A program made the translations under genes and the position numbers. The notes under the pieces are model-generated. The model searched no databases, was not told the DNA's origin, and was given only the letters and a program-made list of their open reading frames with translations. Of a stretch of DNA of 26,799 bases, positions 8,632 through 19,827 are shown one piece after another (positions within the stretch are counted from its first letter, which is position 1; every line of letters starts with the position of its first letter). The DNA is from Amoebophrya sp. A120 (Eukaryota; Protista; Dinoflagellata), in assembly GCA_905178155.1 (NCBI GenBank), contig CAJINV010000018.1, positions 1,247,562 to 1,274,360 on the forward strand, given 5' to 3'.

Positions 8632-10896
8632 ATGACAAGTCCGACAACTTCCACCGCGGTGGAGTCCTCCTCCACCGCAACCGCAAAGGAGCGCCAAGGC
8701 GTGGTGTTTGACCGGTGGCCGTTTCGGCTGGACATCGCCTACGAGTACCAGTGCTGGATTCTCGTCGCGATGTCGGTGTTTTGCGCAACCATCTGCCTCC
8801 TTCCCTGCTTGTGCGGGGTGTTCCGGTCCAAAATTTCCAAGCGGTTCACGGTCTGGGTGTACTCCAGGCTGCACACCTTTTTCTGCGTCTATCAGAAGCA
8901 AAAATCCCCCCTCCCCACATCGAAACGAAATTTCTGATGCTGGATTTGCGTACACAAATCAGATTTGTCTTGCAGTAGAGGACTGCATGCCCATATCATG
9001 CCCATGCACAGAGGGACATCAGGAACGTCTAGGCCGTAGGAACAGCAGCATTACAAACCGCCTGCATAATGGGGCGGAGACTGTGGTGCTGCGTTCTTGC
9101 ATCACAGATGCGATTTGTGGTCACAAATCAGCACGAGAAATTTTTTGAGGCGTGCCTTATCGATATGGGGAGAGGGGATTTTTCCTTACGATAGCGTCGC
9201 CTTCTACTTCAACGTCACGGTGTTGTTCTTCACGGTGGGTCTGCTCCCAGATTGGACGATCAACGAGTACGTGGCGGTATGGGAGAGAAATTTTGCGTTT
9301 TCCTTGTCGCGCGTGGCACTTTTGCCGGTGATGCACTTTCGTACCCAAAGGAGCAGCTGTACTAGTGTGCACATCATTCTTTTTTCAACCGTCGCACAAA
9401 GTCTGACAGCAACCGGCTCCTCTACCGTCATGCAAAGCGTCGAGATCATTCCAGCGCGGCGTGTTGCATAACTTGCCTAAGTATTGTAACCCAAAGAGAA
9501 GGTTGCTGCAACGCGAAGGAAAAATTGGTTTTCATCCCAAGCTATACTCGATATGTTTCGACTTTCTGGATTGGATGTTGATCCACACCGTGAAGTTCCT
9601 GGTCTCTGCGCTGATCCTGCTGGGCCTGTTCATTCTCGTCAGGTCCAACTTCTTGAAGTTGAAAGTTTTCTTTGTGATGCGTAAGTGGTTTGCCAGAGTT
9701 CCTTGTCATGCGGAGCCCCAACAGTAAATGCGCGACAAATTATGCACCACCCAAAATCCTATCAGGTTCAAGGAGCGCATCGCCGCTGCCGCCGGTGTGG
9801 AGCACATGACCTTTTTCCGCCTCGGAAAACTGAACCTCTTCCACACCGCGCAGCTCCGCGGCATCGAGGTGATCATTTGGAAGGTGGAGGAGCTTCCCTC
9901 GGGCACGGGGCTGAAGCCCAACGACGTGTATTTGGAATGCCATGCCGGCCAGAACGAACCGACAAGGACGCGGGTGCACAACAACGCGGGAGCGTATCAA
10001 GAAGAAAAATCCCTCCTCCCCATATCAAAACGGAAATCTGTGTTGCAGATTTGCAGGCACAAATCAGCTTTGTTATGCTAGAAGGGGAAAGACCCGGACT
10101 GTAGTGCTGGGTGGCCTGGGGAAGCCTTGCATCTTCAGCATGGCAGGAAGCAATTGGAAGTGGGAAACAGCATGACAAATTGCCTGCAAACGAGGCCACA
10201 ACTGCGGCTCTTGGCCTCCTAGCATTACAAGTCGATTTGTGTACTCAGATACAGCATCACACATTTTGTTTTCGATATGGGGTGGGGGGATTTTTCCATT
10301 TGATAGAGCCGCGGCGGTGATCAAGGAAACGTTTCAGGTATACTGAAGATAACTACACTGCAACATATTGAAGATAACTATCACTATCCGTTTTATGCAT
10401 TGCAAATATGGATTTGTGATGCGAAATTTCAAGGACAACAAGTACAAGACTTGTATTGCATGAAGATGAGGATGATCATCCCCAGGTCAACATTGACGAG
10501 AACGACGTGGAGGAACGGTTCACACTTTTGGTAAAAGACCAAGAGCTATCCTGTGCAAAAGTATCGTACTCTTATTGCAGTCATGCGCTACAAATCTTTT
10601 TCTTAAGGCAAATCCGCATTACTTCTCATGCTGAGGAAATTTGTAATGCATTTATACGAGTACGATACTTTTGCAATGCATAAGAGCTCCTAGTTTCCTC
10701 CGTGCTGTGCAAGCTCCAGCTGAAAACCAAGGATGTTCTTGCGATTGAGGCGCAGACGGGCAAGGTGAGCGAAGATTTCGTCTACGACGCGAATGCGTTT
10801 TCGCAGCTCCAGCTGCAGCCGCGGGGAAAAATATGGCTGCGGGTAAACCCCTTGGAAGACGGGGAGCAACAGCCGTTGACGAGTGGACTGTGCTGA
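8632..10896 (+). CDS. Membrane protein (about 3 hydrophobic segments) with a C-terminal C2-like domain, ~320 aa
   Basis: Exons 8632-8889, 9199-9276, 9542-9642, 9766-9994, 10311-10337, 10486-10546, 10688-10896 (963 nt, one frame). 3 GT-AG introns and 3 introners. C2-like pattern: IEVIIWKVEELP..PNDVYLECHAGQNEPTRTRVHNNAG..VIKETFQVNI..FTLLVKDQELL..GKIWLRV. Confidence 0.75.
8890..9193. mobile_element. Introner 1 (family A)
   Basis: TIR TATCAGAAGCAAAAATCCCCCCTCCCCACATCGA / TCGATATGGGGAGAGGGGATTTTTCCTTACGATA. DR GCGTC at 8885-8889 and 9194-9198. Removal gives FFCVAFYF. Confidence 0.9.
9995..10305. mobile_element. Introner 2 (family A)
   Basis: Imperfect ~90-bp inverted repeat starting TATCAAGAAGAAAAATCCCTCCTCCCCATATC. 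DR GAGCG/GAGCC. Removal gives NNAGAAAVIKE. Confidence 0.9.
10547..10682. mobile_element. Introner 3 (family B)
   Basis: TATCCTGTGCAAAAGTATCGTACTC ... GAGTACGATACTTTTGCAATGCATA. DR AGAGC/AGAGC. Closely similar to 15651-15795. Confidence 0.92.
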
Positions 10897-11505
10897 TTCC
10901 ACGATTTCCGCTCACGACTGCTGAAATTTACCAAGACGGGTGAGGTGATTGTTAGCCCGCGAAGGTCGAAGACGATGCGTTAATGTGCAGCTGTTGAAGC
11001 AGGTGCCTAGAAATGCATCTTGGACGTTGTTGCTCGTGGCTCTTCTCTTCTTGGTTTTTGTCTTTATCGTCTTGTTCTTCACGACCCTCGTGCGGCTGCA
11101 AAGGTAGGCCGCCGACGGCGCTTACTAGGAAAAGCAACTGCAGGAATCAACTTCGACGGTTGGTTGTGACAGCACCCTTTCATTGCCAAGACTTGGCTTA
11201 TCCTAGAAGATCACCCAGAAAACGGACGAGATTAAGTTGTGCAAAATTTGTTTTCTCGATCTGCAATTTTTCTCATTTCCACACAGGTGTCTGGTTTGTT
11301 TCACAGCGACATTAGCTTTTAACACGTCGCATACGCGACGCGTGTCGTTGCTATATTCACTTGTAGTCGCGATTTCAGTTTCAACATTCGGCACGTCATT
11401 TTTCAGATCTGTCTGAACAATTTAGAATCTTCTTGCTGGTTCTTTTTTACTCATACTTGGTAAAATTTTCATTAATTTTGTGGACGTTACAAGTAGACTG
11501 ACATC

Positions 11506-14500
11506 ATGTCGCGTCATTTGCTCTTTGAAACAACGTCAACCGCTCTGGAGCGGTCGCGACCCTCGCTTCCGCGGCTGAGAATAGGCGGGAAAAACACCAG
11601 TGCCGGGGCACTACCGTCTGTCTCCCCTGCAAACAAGCCGCAGAAAGCGGGTCTACCGGCGCCCCTGCTGACCGGCTCTTACACCTTCGGTGGCAGCAGC
11701 AGCTCAACTGCACCTACTTGGGGAAGGCGAGGATTCTCAAGTCATTCTGTTGGGAAAGGGTCCTGCGTTGCAGCGGAGACGCCAAATTTCTTTTCTCCCC
11801 AAACCATGAAGCCGCGACCAAATACCGGGCTGTCTCATCTGCCACAAAGCAACCATGCGTGGCGAGGGCGGGCCGAGTGGGAGGAGCCAGCAAGTAGACA
11901 CAGAGCTTACAGCACCAAGAGCACAGCATCGCAAGGTTTGTTCGACAGGAGGCAAGGGCTGCTGCGGGGAGCGGCGAATTTTTGTGGTCCGAGAAGTAGA
12001 CTGGGAGCAGGACGAGGACTCTTCACGAAAAACAGCTTCTCCTCATCCCCAATACGAAATACATTAAGCTCCCACCAGCAGCACCACCCGCCCCACAACA
12101 ACCTTCTGCTGCCTCGAGTCCGCACCATGATCATGATCCGCGAGACAGAGAACGGAGAGAGCAAGGATCCAAAAAAGAAACAGAAAACCTCCACCATCCG
12201 CACGCTAAAGTCCGTGCTCAAGTACGCGTGGCCGTCGGGCGACCCGAAACTGCAGTCCCGCCTGGTCGGCAGCATGGCGTGCTTGGTGCTCGGGAAAGCC
12301 GCAACCATTCTGGCGCCGCTGGCACTCGGAGACTTGGTGAACAGCCTAACCGTATGCATTGCAAATATGTTTGGGTCTGGAAGGTTGGAACTTGTAATGC
12401 TATCTTTCCATACCTAGGAAATCTGTATTGCATAACCAACATAAGCCGCGGCCTCTTTTGTACATGCAAAAACGCAGTTTCTCATGCGGATTGCCTATGA
12501 GAAAGCGTTCTGGAAAGTTGTCATGCTGGGTTGCATTGGAAACTGTTTCTATCATCCACATTTTTGCATCAGAAGTTTCCAGACCCAGACATTTTTGCAC
12601 TTGATAGACCGCCGTGCGAGCGAGTCCGGGCGCGTCGGACGCAGCCGCCGAGCAGCTCGCGGAGACCTTCTCCCGGACGGCGTCCACCCCGGGTCTGGGC
12701 GATTTGCTCACCGCCACCACGGACAGCACCAACGTGCTCCTCGCCACCCCGGAGATGGTCCCGTTGCTCTGGCTGGCGTCGTACGGGCTCGCGCGGTTGG
12801 GGGCCAGCGGGTTCTCCGAGCTCCGGACCTACCTGTTCGCGCGGGTGGTGCAGAAAGGGTGCCGCAAGCAGGCGCTGAACGTCTTCAACCACCTGCACAC
12901 CCTCGATGTCGAGTACCTCCAGGCGCTGAAGTCCGGCGAGATCCAAGCCATCATGAATCGCGCGCTGAAGTCCATGCAGCAGGTTCTCACGACGCTGTTG
13001 TGGAACGTGGCGCCAACTTTACTGGAATTCGCTTTTGTGCTCGCGATCGTGTACAATCAGATGGGGTTGTACTCGAGCGGCATTGTGTTTGCGACCTTCT
13101 GCAGTTACTTCGGTTTCACGACGGTATCAAATGCAAAAATGTCTGGGTCTCCTCTGGAAGAATGCAAGTTTGTCATGCTTGTCTGGCATGACTCGAGAAT
13201 CTGTGTTGCATAGGCACGAAAGAGACCTCTTAACTGTCACGCGAAAAGGCAGCTTGCCATGCGGAATACGTAAGACATGGCAGCCACAAAATTTGTCATG
13301 TATAACTGCGTACTGCGGCGCGTCTATCATTCACTTTTAGCATTACAAGTTTCCAGACCCAGACATCTTTGCATTTCATAGACGGCCTACAGCAACAAGC
13401 GGCGGGAGTACATGAAAGAATCGAATAAACGCGACGACCGGCTCGCGGGGCAGCTGGTGGACTCGGTCCTGAATTGCGAAGCGGTGCGGCACTTTTCCGC
13501 GGCGAAGCGGGAGGCCAGGCGGTACGACCGACAGTTAGCGAAATACGAGGAGAGCCAGGTACTAGGGGAGTCAGTGCACGATCCTGTGAAAATGTCTTTA
13601 CTTGATCAATCTTCATGCATAACTCGCCACAGGAGTGTGGTTATCGTCATGCTGTTTATAATCTTGAGTTTCGAATACCAATCCAACCTCTACTTGATGT
13701 GGTACTGCAGTCCCCCCGGCATGGTGAGAAGTTCCAATTTAATCACTGTCAGGTGCAAGTCCTGCAATCCCTCGCCACTTTGAATATCAAATGCAAAAAT
13801 GTCTGGATCTGGAAACATGGAACTTGTAATGCTAGCCCTACATTCCTGTAAGATCTGTATTGCATGACCAACAAAGAAAACGCCCTGTTTTGTCACGCGC
13901 ATGGCAAAGTGTTCGGCAAACTTGTCATGCTTGGCTGCCTTGGGAAGTGTTTCAGTCGTGCACAGTTCAGCATCACAAGTTTCCAGACCCAGACATTTTT
14001 ACAGTTGATATGGAACTTTGGGCAGCAACTGGTGATCAACACCGGCCTCCTTTCCATCATGGCACTGGCCACCTTCATATGCATTGCAAATATCCCTGGA
14101 TGTCCGGAAAATATGGAATTTGTGATGCTAACTTTCGAGGATACAAAAACCTGTATTGCTTTATGAGCAGCAGAAGCTATGCAGACCTTTGCCAACCGGA
14201 CAGGGCTGCATTTCTCATGCCGGATAGGCATGAGCAAGCCTTCGCGAAGACGAAACCTGTGATGCTAGAGCATGCATCAGTGGCATCGCAGGTCTTGTAA
14301 AATCTGCATGACAGACTCCCCGAATTATCTTCCAGACGTCCAGGCAGATAATTTTCAGTTGATACTTCAACGTGCTCAACGGTTCCGTCCCCGTCGGGGA
14401 CGTCGTTGCGGTGAACACGCTGATGCTGCAGCTCGCGCAACCGTTAAACTTCCTCGGCGGCGCGTACCGAATTACTCTGCAGGGGGTGTTGGACTTGCAG

Positions 14501-15867
14501 CGGCTGGAGCAGTTTTTGACCGACCAAAAAGGGTCCTTGCCCGAGGGGGAAAAAGATTTTCAGTACGCTGGCGGGAAAATCGAATTTGAGAACATCGATT
14601 TCCGTGCGCTGAGGGATTTCAACTTGAAGATTCCCGCGGGAGCAAAAGTTGGGATCGTCGGGCCGTCCGGGAGCGGGAAATCCACCATTCTGAAGTTGTT
14701 GGCGCGGACCGCGAAGCCGGAGAAGGGCCGCACGTTGGTGGACGATCAAGATCTGATGGACGTCACGCAGGACAGTTACGCCAGCGAGATCGGCATCGTT
14801 CCCCAGGAGTCGATTCTGTTCAACGACACGCTGCGGTTCAACTTGGAGTACGCGGCGTTGGCGGACAGTAAAGCAGCGCTAGATGATGATGATGTTGACA
14901 CATCGACAAGTACGGACGTAAAACTCGCTCTCACCGACGAGGAAGCGGAGCAGCAAAGGGTCAAACTCCAGCAGCAAATGGAGAACGCCTGCAAGCTCGC
15001 GCAGGTCCACGACGTCATCGAGAAGTTTCCGGACCAGTACGAAACGGTCGTCGGCGAACGGGGGTCGAGGCTGTCCGGCGGGGAGCGCCAGCGGATCAGC
15101 ATTGCGCGCACGTTGCTCCGCGATCCAAAAATTTTGCTGTTCGACGAGGCCACGGCGTCTTTAGATTTGGAAACGGAGGACAAGCTGACGCGGGCGATCC
15201 ACGATTTGATCTCGAACAGCAGCAACAAAACCATGCTGATCGTCGCGCATCGGCTATCCACGGTGAAGCAGTGCGATTTTCTGCTTTACATCGACGGCGG
15301 GAAGGTCGCGGAAATGGGCAGTATCCTAATTAAAAACGTCCCCACACCAGAGTCACGATGGGAAATCTGCTAGACAAATCAGCCAGCTTTGGTTGTCTGG
15401 CATGACAAGTTTGCCCTCGTAGTGTAATGCTGTTTAGCTAGTTCACAAGCATTACAGACCTAGCATAGCATGCAGCTTATAGCATCACAAATTCCAAAAC
15501 ACGAATAGAAAATGCTTCTCATAGGGCTCCGCATGAGAAGCTTTTTTGGCATGCAGAATTGCATTACAGCTCTGGGGTGGGGAAGTTTTTACTCAGAATA
15601 GGCAGCCACGAGGAATTACTGAAAAAGGAAAACGGGTTGTATCGGAAGCTTATCCTGTGCAAAAGTATCGTACTCGTATTGCAATCATGCATTACAAATC
15701 CTGTTCTTAAGGCAAATTAGCATTACAAATTCAACTTCTCATGCGGAGGAAATTTGTAATGCATTTATACGAGTACGATGCTTTTGCAATTCATAAAGCT
15801 GTGGGCGACCTACCAGAGAGGGGTGGGGATAGGGAATAACAACAACGCCGGGAACAAGAAGAGTTGA
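11506..15867 (+). CDS. ATM1: Mitochondrial ABC half-transporter, ATM1/ABCB7 family, ~896 aa
   Basis: Exons 11506-12352, 12612-13124, 13386-13558, 13753-13784, 14016-14077, 14370-15321, 15606-15650, 15801-15867 (2691 nt). TMD motifs DSVLNCEAV, SLATLNFGQ, QPLNFLG; Walker A GPSGSGKST; signature LSGGERQR; Walker B LLFDEATASLD; AHRLST. Long Ser/Arg-rich N-terminal extension consistent with a targeting peptide. Confidence 0.9.
12353..12606. mobile_element. Introner 4 (family C)
   Basis: TATGCATTGCAAATATGTTTGGGTCTGGAA ... TTCCAGACCCAGACATTTTTGCACTTGATA. DR AACCG/GACCG. Confidence 0.9.
13125..13380. mobile_element. Introner 5 (family C)
   Basis: TATCAAATGCAAAAATGTCTGGGTCT ... AGACCCAGACATCTTTGCATTTCATA. 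DR GACGG/GACGG. Confidence 0.92.
13785..14010. mobile_element. Introner 6 (family C)
   Basis: TATCAAATGCAAAAATGTCTGGATCTGGAAAC ... GTTTCCAGACCCAGACATTTTTACAGTTGATA. DR TTGAA/TGGAA. Removal restores conserved SLATLNFGQ. Confidence 0.9.
14078..14364. mobile_element. Introner 7 (family C variant)
   Basis: TATGCATTGCAAATATCCCTGGATGTCCGGAA ... TTCCAGACGTCCAGGCAGATAATTTTCAGTTGATA. DR CTTCA/CTTCA. Confidence 0.88.
15322..15600. mobile_element. Introner 8 (family D)
   Basis: TATCCTAATTAAAAACGTCCCCACACCAGAG ... CTCTGGGGTGGGGAAGTTTTTACTCAGAATA. DR GGCAG/GGCAG. Removal gives EMGSHEELL. Confidence 0.92.
15651..15795. mobile_element. Introner 9 (family B)
   Basis: TATCCTGTGCAAAAGTATCGTACTCGTAT ... ATACGAGTACGATGCTTTTGCAATTCATA. 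DR AAGCT/AAGCT. Removal gives GLYRKLW. Confidence 0.92.
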
Positions 15868-16654
15868 TTGCAATCTGCTTTCTTATATGCAAAAGATTTT
15901 TCCATGCAGAGATGCGCAGAAACTTTTACTTTTGTGTTGCACCCGAAGAAACAAAGATGAAGCAAGAAACATACACAATCAAAAAACTCGTGTTGGCCCA
16001 ACATCCCGCTGCGCCACAACGCTTCTATTTCCGCAGCTGTAGCCCAGTACATGGAGCAACGGCGTGACATGAAACAGTGTTCTTGAATGCTAGCCGCACC
16101 TGCAACTACCTGAAAGAACAACGGCCACCTTGCCATGAAGCAAAAGTGATATCCAGTGTAAAAAATCGAGCACGCCAAAATAAGGATAAACGTGAGAACA
16201 ATTTTCCAAACGCAGATGCAAAAAATTATTTTACAAACACTTCGCCGCCAGAACACAGAGAGAAGACAGATAACATCTCTTCGTGTTATATCATCTTCAG
16301 TTGTAGTTCTCCTGGTTCTCTGACAGCGACGTTTCCTGATATGTAGTAATTACGATGACTTCTAAAACACGATGTTGTGAATATGAAGATAGCGACGTGC
16401 TAGACCCAGTGCAGCTACTATAGTAGATTTATTTCAAGACGGAAACGGGGTGTATTCTTGTTTTCGTTTATTCCTCCAAATATCTTCGTGCTCTGCCTAG
16501 ATCTAGACGAGAACAGCAGTCGAACTGTGTTTACTTACTAGAAGACGAGTGAGAACAACATCTTCAAGAAGCGTTGAATAGATTAAGAGCGACTTCTGAA
16601 CCACAGCGTCTTCACTTCTGTAAAGTCACTTCTTTATCAGTCTTGGGTAAGTAT

Positions 16655-19600
16655 ATGGGCAACATTTTTTCCTCTTCCCCAGTAAAAACCGAAAGCGACA
16701 CAACAACACCCAGTACTAAAGCGACGAGCACGAGTAACAAGCGAAGAGCCTCTCTTAGTACTAGCGAAGAGAGCCCATCTAGCAAGAAAACCAACATGCC
16801 GTCCGCAAAAAACTCGGTAAAGAAGCCCGCCGGGAAGCAGCTCACGGCCGCTGAGCTTGGCGAAAAGTATGTGGGGACGGGGAAGCCGGGAGGTATAGTT
16901 TAGTTGTTCATTGCGGGCGCCGGACGGCAAGAATCTTGAAGCGGTTTGATGTGTAAAAAATGCGTTTCTATAGTCGTGGCGGGGATTTAGAAGTTTAAGT
17001 TGTAAGATTAAGATTCCAAAATCAAAAAATACCACAAGGTGCCAAGGATCCCAACCCAGCGAGATGGGAAGACCACAAGCAGCATCCCTTCTCATCCGGG
17101 CTGTGCATAGCAACGTTACTGGACGGGAGCAAGTGCCAGAAGACCTGGGCGGAAGCGTACGTCCCCTACTGCAAGCCGTGCATGGAGAAGGGCGACCCGT
17201 CGGCAAAGGTAATAACGCACGAGCGGTTTGGCAAGTGCCTCGTCGCGCAAAGGGATCTGCTATCAAATGCAAATGTGTCTGTGTGGTCTGGAAATAGAGC
17301 GATATTCATATTTGTCATCTCGCGGTTTATTTCGCATGACCAGTAGGGTCTGGTACTTAATAGTATGCACGCCTACGAGCATGACAGGTTCTGCGAGGGC
17401 TGCTTCCCAATGCCTTGAGCTCGCCTTCTTTCCGCGCGAGCAAAAGCGGCTAGCTTGTGCTGTTCATGGAAGACAGATCTCACCGTCTTCCTGAGCTAGC
17501 ATGACGAATTTGCCGCTCTTTTCCAGACCCAGACAAATTTTGCACTGCATATCTGCCGAAGGGGTACAAAATGGCCTTGTTCGGAAAGGTTTACGAAGAG
17601 GAAAACATGCCGGAGGCGGACAAAGAGTGGGGCTTCGAGTGCTCGGACGGCACGTAAAATTTCTATTACGCCACGGCATTTTCCTACTTTTTTCTGCTTG
17701 ATGTTTCTTTGTCATGCAGCAGCGCTATATATAGAAGGACGCGGTAGTACCATCATCAGTACGCGGAAGTTTTTTTGTCACACTGCTCGTCATCTTCACG
17801 GCTGTAAGAACAAGAAAAAACTCGAAAAATAAAACCTCTCAGGTTCATCAACCCGGTGAAGTACAGCGGCAGCCTCCCCCAGTTCTGCCAGTGCCCCGGC
17901 CCCAACGAAAAAGTCACCGTCACCTTTGCTCAGCCGCACTTGCTAATGGAGGCAGTGTATCGATTGCAAAGCAATAGCGTTAGATTCGTACTCGGACATA
18001 ATTGCAAAAATGGTGCGTGACAGGTGTAATAGTATGTAGCTGTGGGCGATGCAGCTCGTCAGCACGAGAAATTTGAATTTCATTTATCAGCATTCATTCT
18101 GGATGAGAAATTTGTGTCGTTATGCGAAAGCGAATAGTACGATATTTTTGCAATGCATACCTTGGAGAGGCACGAAGACCGCGAGTATCCCTACGCGTCA
18201 ATGGTACTAATGGTGGTGCTCACTTGATGTTTCAAGAGTTGCATCATGTGTACACAAGAAAGACAAAATAGAGGTATACAGTTGTCATTCGTAGCAATCA
18301 TGTTCGTGGTCCATATCAAGATTTCCAATCCGAATTTACATCGAAACAGCTCTATCAAATGCAAATATGTCTGGGTCTGGAAACTTGTGTTGTTGATAGA
18401 TGCTTGCATTGCAAACTTGCTGCGTGTAGGTGTACGGCATAACAGCATCAGAAATTTCCTTCGGAGCCATTCGCGTTTAGCATTACAAACTGCCATCCAG
18501 CACGACAAAAAAACCGGCCAATGGTATTCATTCATTACAGATCTTGTTGTCCTTGAAGTCCTGCGTCACAAATCCAGACCCAGACATGCTTGCAATGCAT
18601 AAGCTCTTCCAAACGACGATGCCTGTGCCGAAGAATCACCAGCTGGTGATGATGTACGCGGAAATATCCTGTGTAAAAGCATACCACCCGACGCCATTAT
18701 TTGTCATGCAAATCGGCATGCCCAGCATTGAGTCGAATGTGAATGTGTCTGCTCATGCGCAGCCCCATGAGGAGCATATTATAATAATTCTACCTGGCAA
18801 GAACGGATTGCTTTTACTCAGGATAGGAAAACGAAAAAGCTACCGAGGTCTTCTTTTCCGAGCGCGGAATCAGCAGGTGTGACGTCTGGCAGAAGTATGG
18901 ATTGCAAATATCGACTTGGGTCGTTGCGGAGAATGCGAAAAAAACTTGTGATGCTCTCTGTAGAAGCTCACGTTCTTTTGCATGAGTAGAAGCAGTGCCG
19001 TCCCAGGAGTTTCTGCGACGCAGTGATGGGTGTGTTTTGTAATGCAAGATAGTAAGCATTGCAAATTCTTGCCAGAATCTGTGCTACAAGTAGTCCACGA
19101 CCACGCATTTTGTGCAGACCTTTCGGGGCATGGAAAACCTGCATCACAAGTATCTGCATTCTTTGAGAGGACCCAGACTGCGTATTTGCAATGCATAACA
19201 AGAATGCCCCGACGATATTGAAGAAGTGCGCGCCCGCGGACCCGAAGAATTTGAAGCTGACGGGCAAGCCCATCAGCAAGGCGGAGAAGGACAAGAAGGT
19301 GAAGGCGTGTATGGAAGCGTCAGGTTTGAAATCGACAAAGTTGAAATGATTTGTCATGCATAAAATGGATACCAGTTGGAAGCCCAATTTTCAAGCGGCA
19401 CATGACAAATTTTCGGAGCACCGAAAGCCAATTTGTCATGCTGTTTGGGCATAAAAGGCGTCTTTTGTCATGCTACTTTAGCAGCTCTATCACAGACCCC
19501 AAACAGGCTGACAATCTGCCTCGCTTGCCATCCCTGCAAGAGAGACAATTCACGCCTTGCATTTCATGCATGACAAATCCTTTCAACTTTGACGATTTCA

Positions 19601-19827
19601 ATCCTGACAGATCCATAGCGTGGGAGCTCCACGAAAAGCAGAAGATGAAGTCGGCAGCCGAAAAGGAGAACATGACGAAGCAGAAACTGAAAATGAGCAG
19701 CAACGCCACCGCGATGAGTAAGATGAAGGAGGTGAAGAAGAAGAACGGCAAGGACAAGTCCGGCAAGAGTACGGGTAGCATGAAGTCCACGGCGACCAGC
19801 TCGAAGGCTGCGATGAAGAAAAAGTAG
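16655..19827 (+). CDS. Divergent SET-domain-like protein with upstream Cys4 motif and Lys-rich tail, ~382 aa
   Basis: Exons 16655-16892, 17039-17260, 17557-17653, 17843-17957, 18165-18203, 18604-18664, 18831-18895, 19203-19309, 19623-19827 (1149 nt). SET-like segments: FGKCLVAQRDLPKGYKMALFG, FINPVKYSGSLPQFCQCPGPN, LFQTTMPVPKNHQLVMMY. The start codon and the 17957/18165 junction are uncertain. Confidence 0.7.
17261..17551. mobile_element. Introner 10 (family C)
   Basis: TATCAAATGCAAATGTGTCTGTGTGGTCTGGAAA ... TTTCCAGACCCAGACAAATTTTGCACTGCATA. DR TCTGC/TCTGC. Confidence 0.9.
17958..18159. mobile_element. Introner 11 (degenerate, family B-like)
   Basis: TATCGATTGCAAA ... AGTACGATATTTTTGCAATGCATA. 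DR eroded (CAGTG/CCTTG). Confidence 0.7.
18353..18601. mobile_element. Introner 12 (family C), inserted at an intron acceptor site
   Basis: TATCAAATGCAAATATGTCTGGGTCTGGA ... TCCAGACCCAGACATGCTTGCAATGCATA. DR AGCTC/AGCTC. Confidence 0.9.
18665..18825. mobile_element. Introner 13 (short, family D-like)
   Basis: TATCCTGTGTAAAAGCA ... TGCTTTTACTCAGGATA. DR GGAAA/GGAAA. Confidence 0.88.
18896..19197. mobile_element. Introner 14 (family C variant)
   Basis: TATGGATTGCAAATATCGACTTGGGTC ... GACCCAGACTGCGTATTTGCAATGCATA. DR AGAAG/ACAAG. Confidence 0.85.
19310..19617. mobile_element. Introner 15 (family E)
   Basis: ~58-bp imperfect TIR TATGGAAGCGTCAGGTTTGAAATCGACAAAGTTGAAATGATTTGTCATGCAT... DR GCGTG/GCGTG. 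Confidence 0.92.

Noticed and set aside
10342-10385. Short duplication TGAAGATAACTA x2
   Set aside because: A local tandem duplication within an intron with no sign of function.
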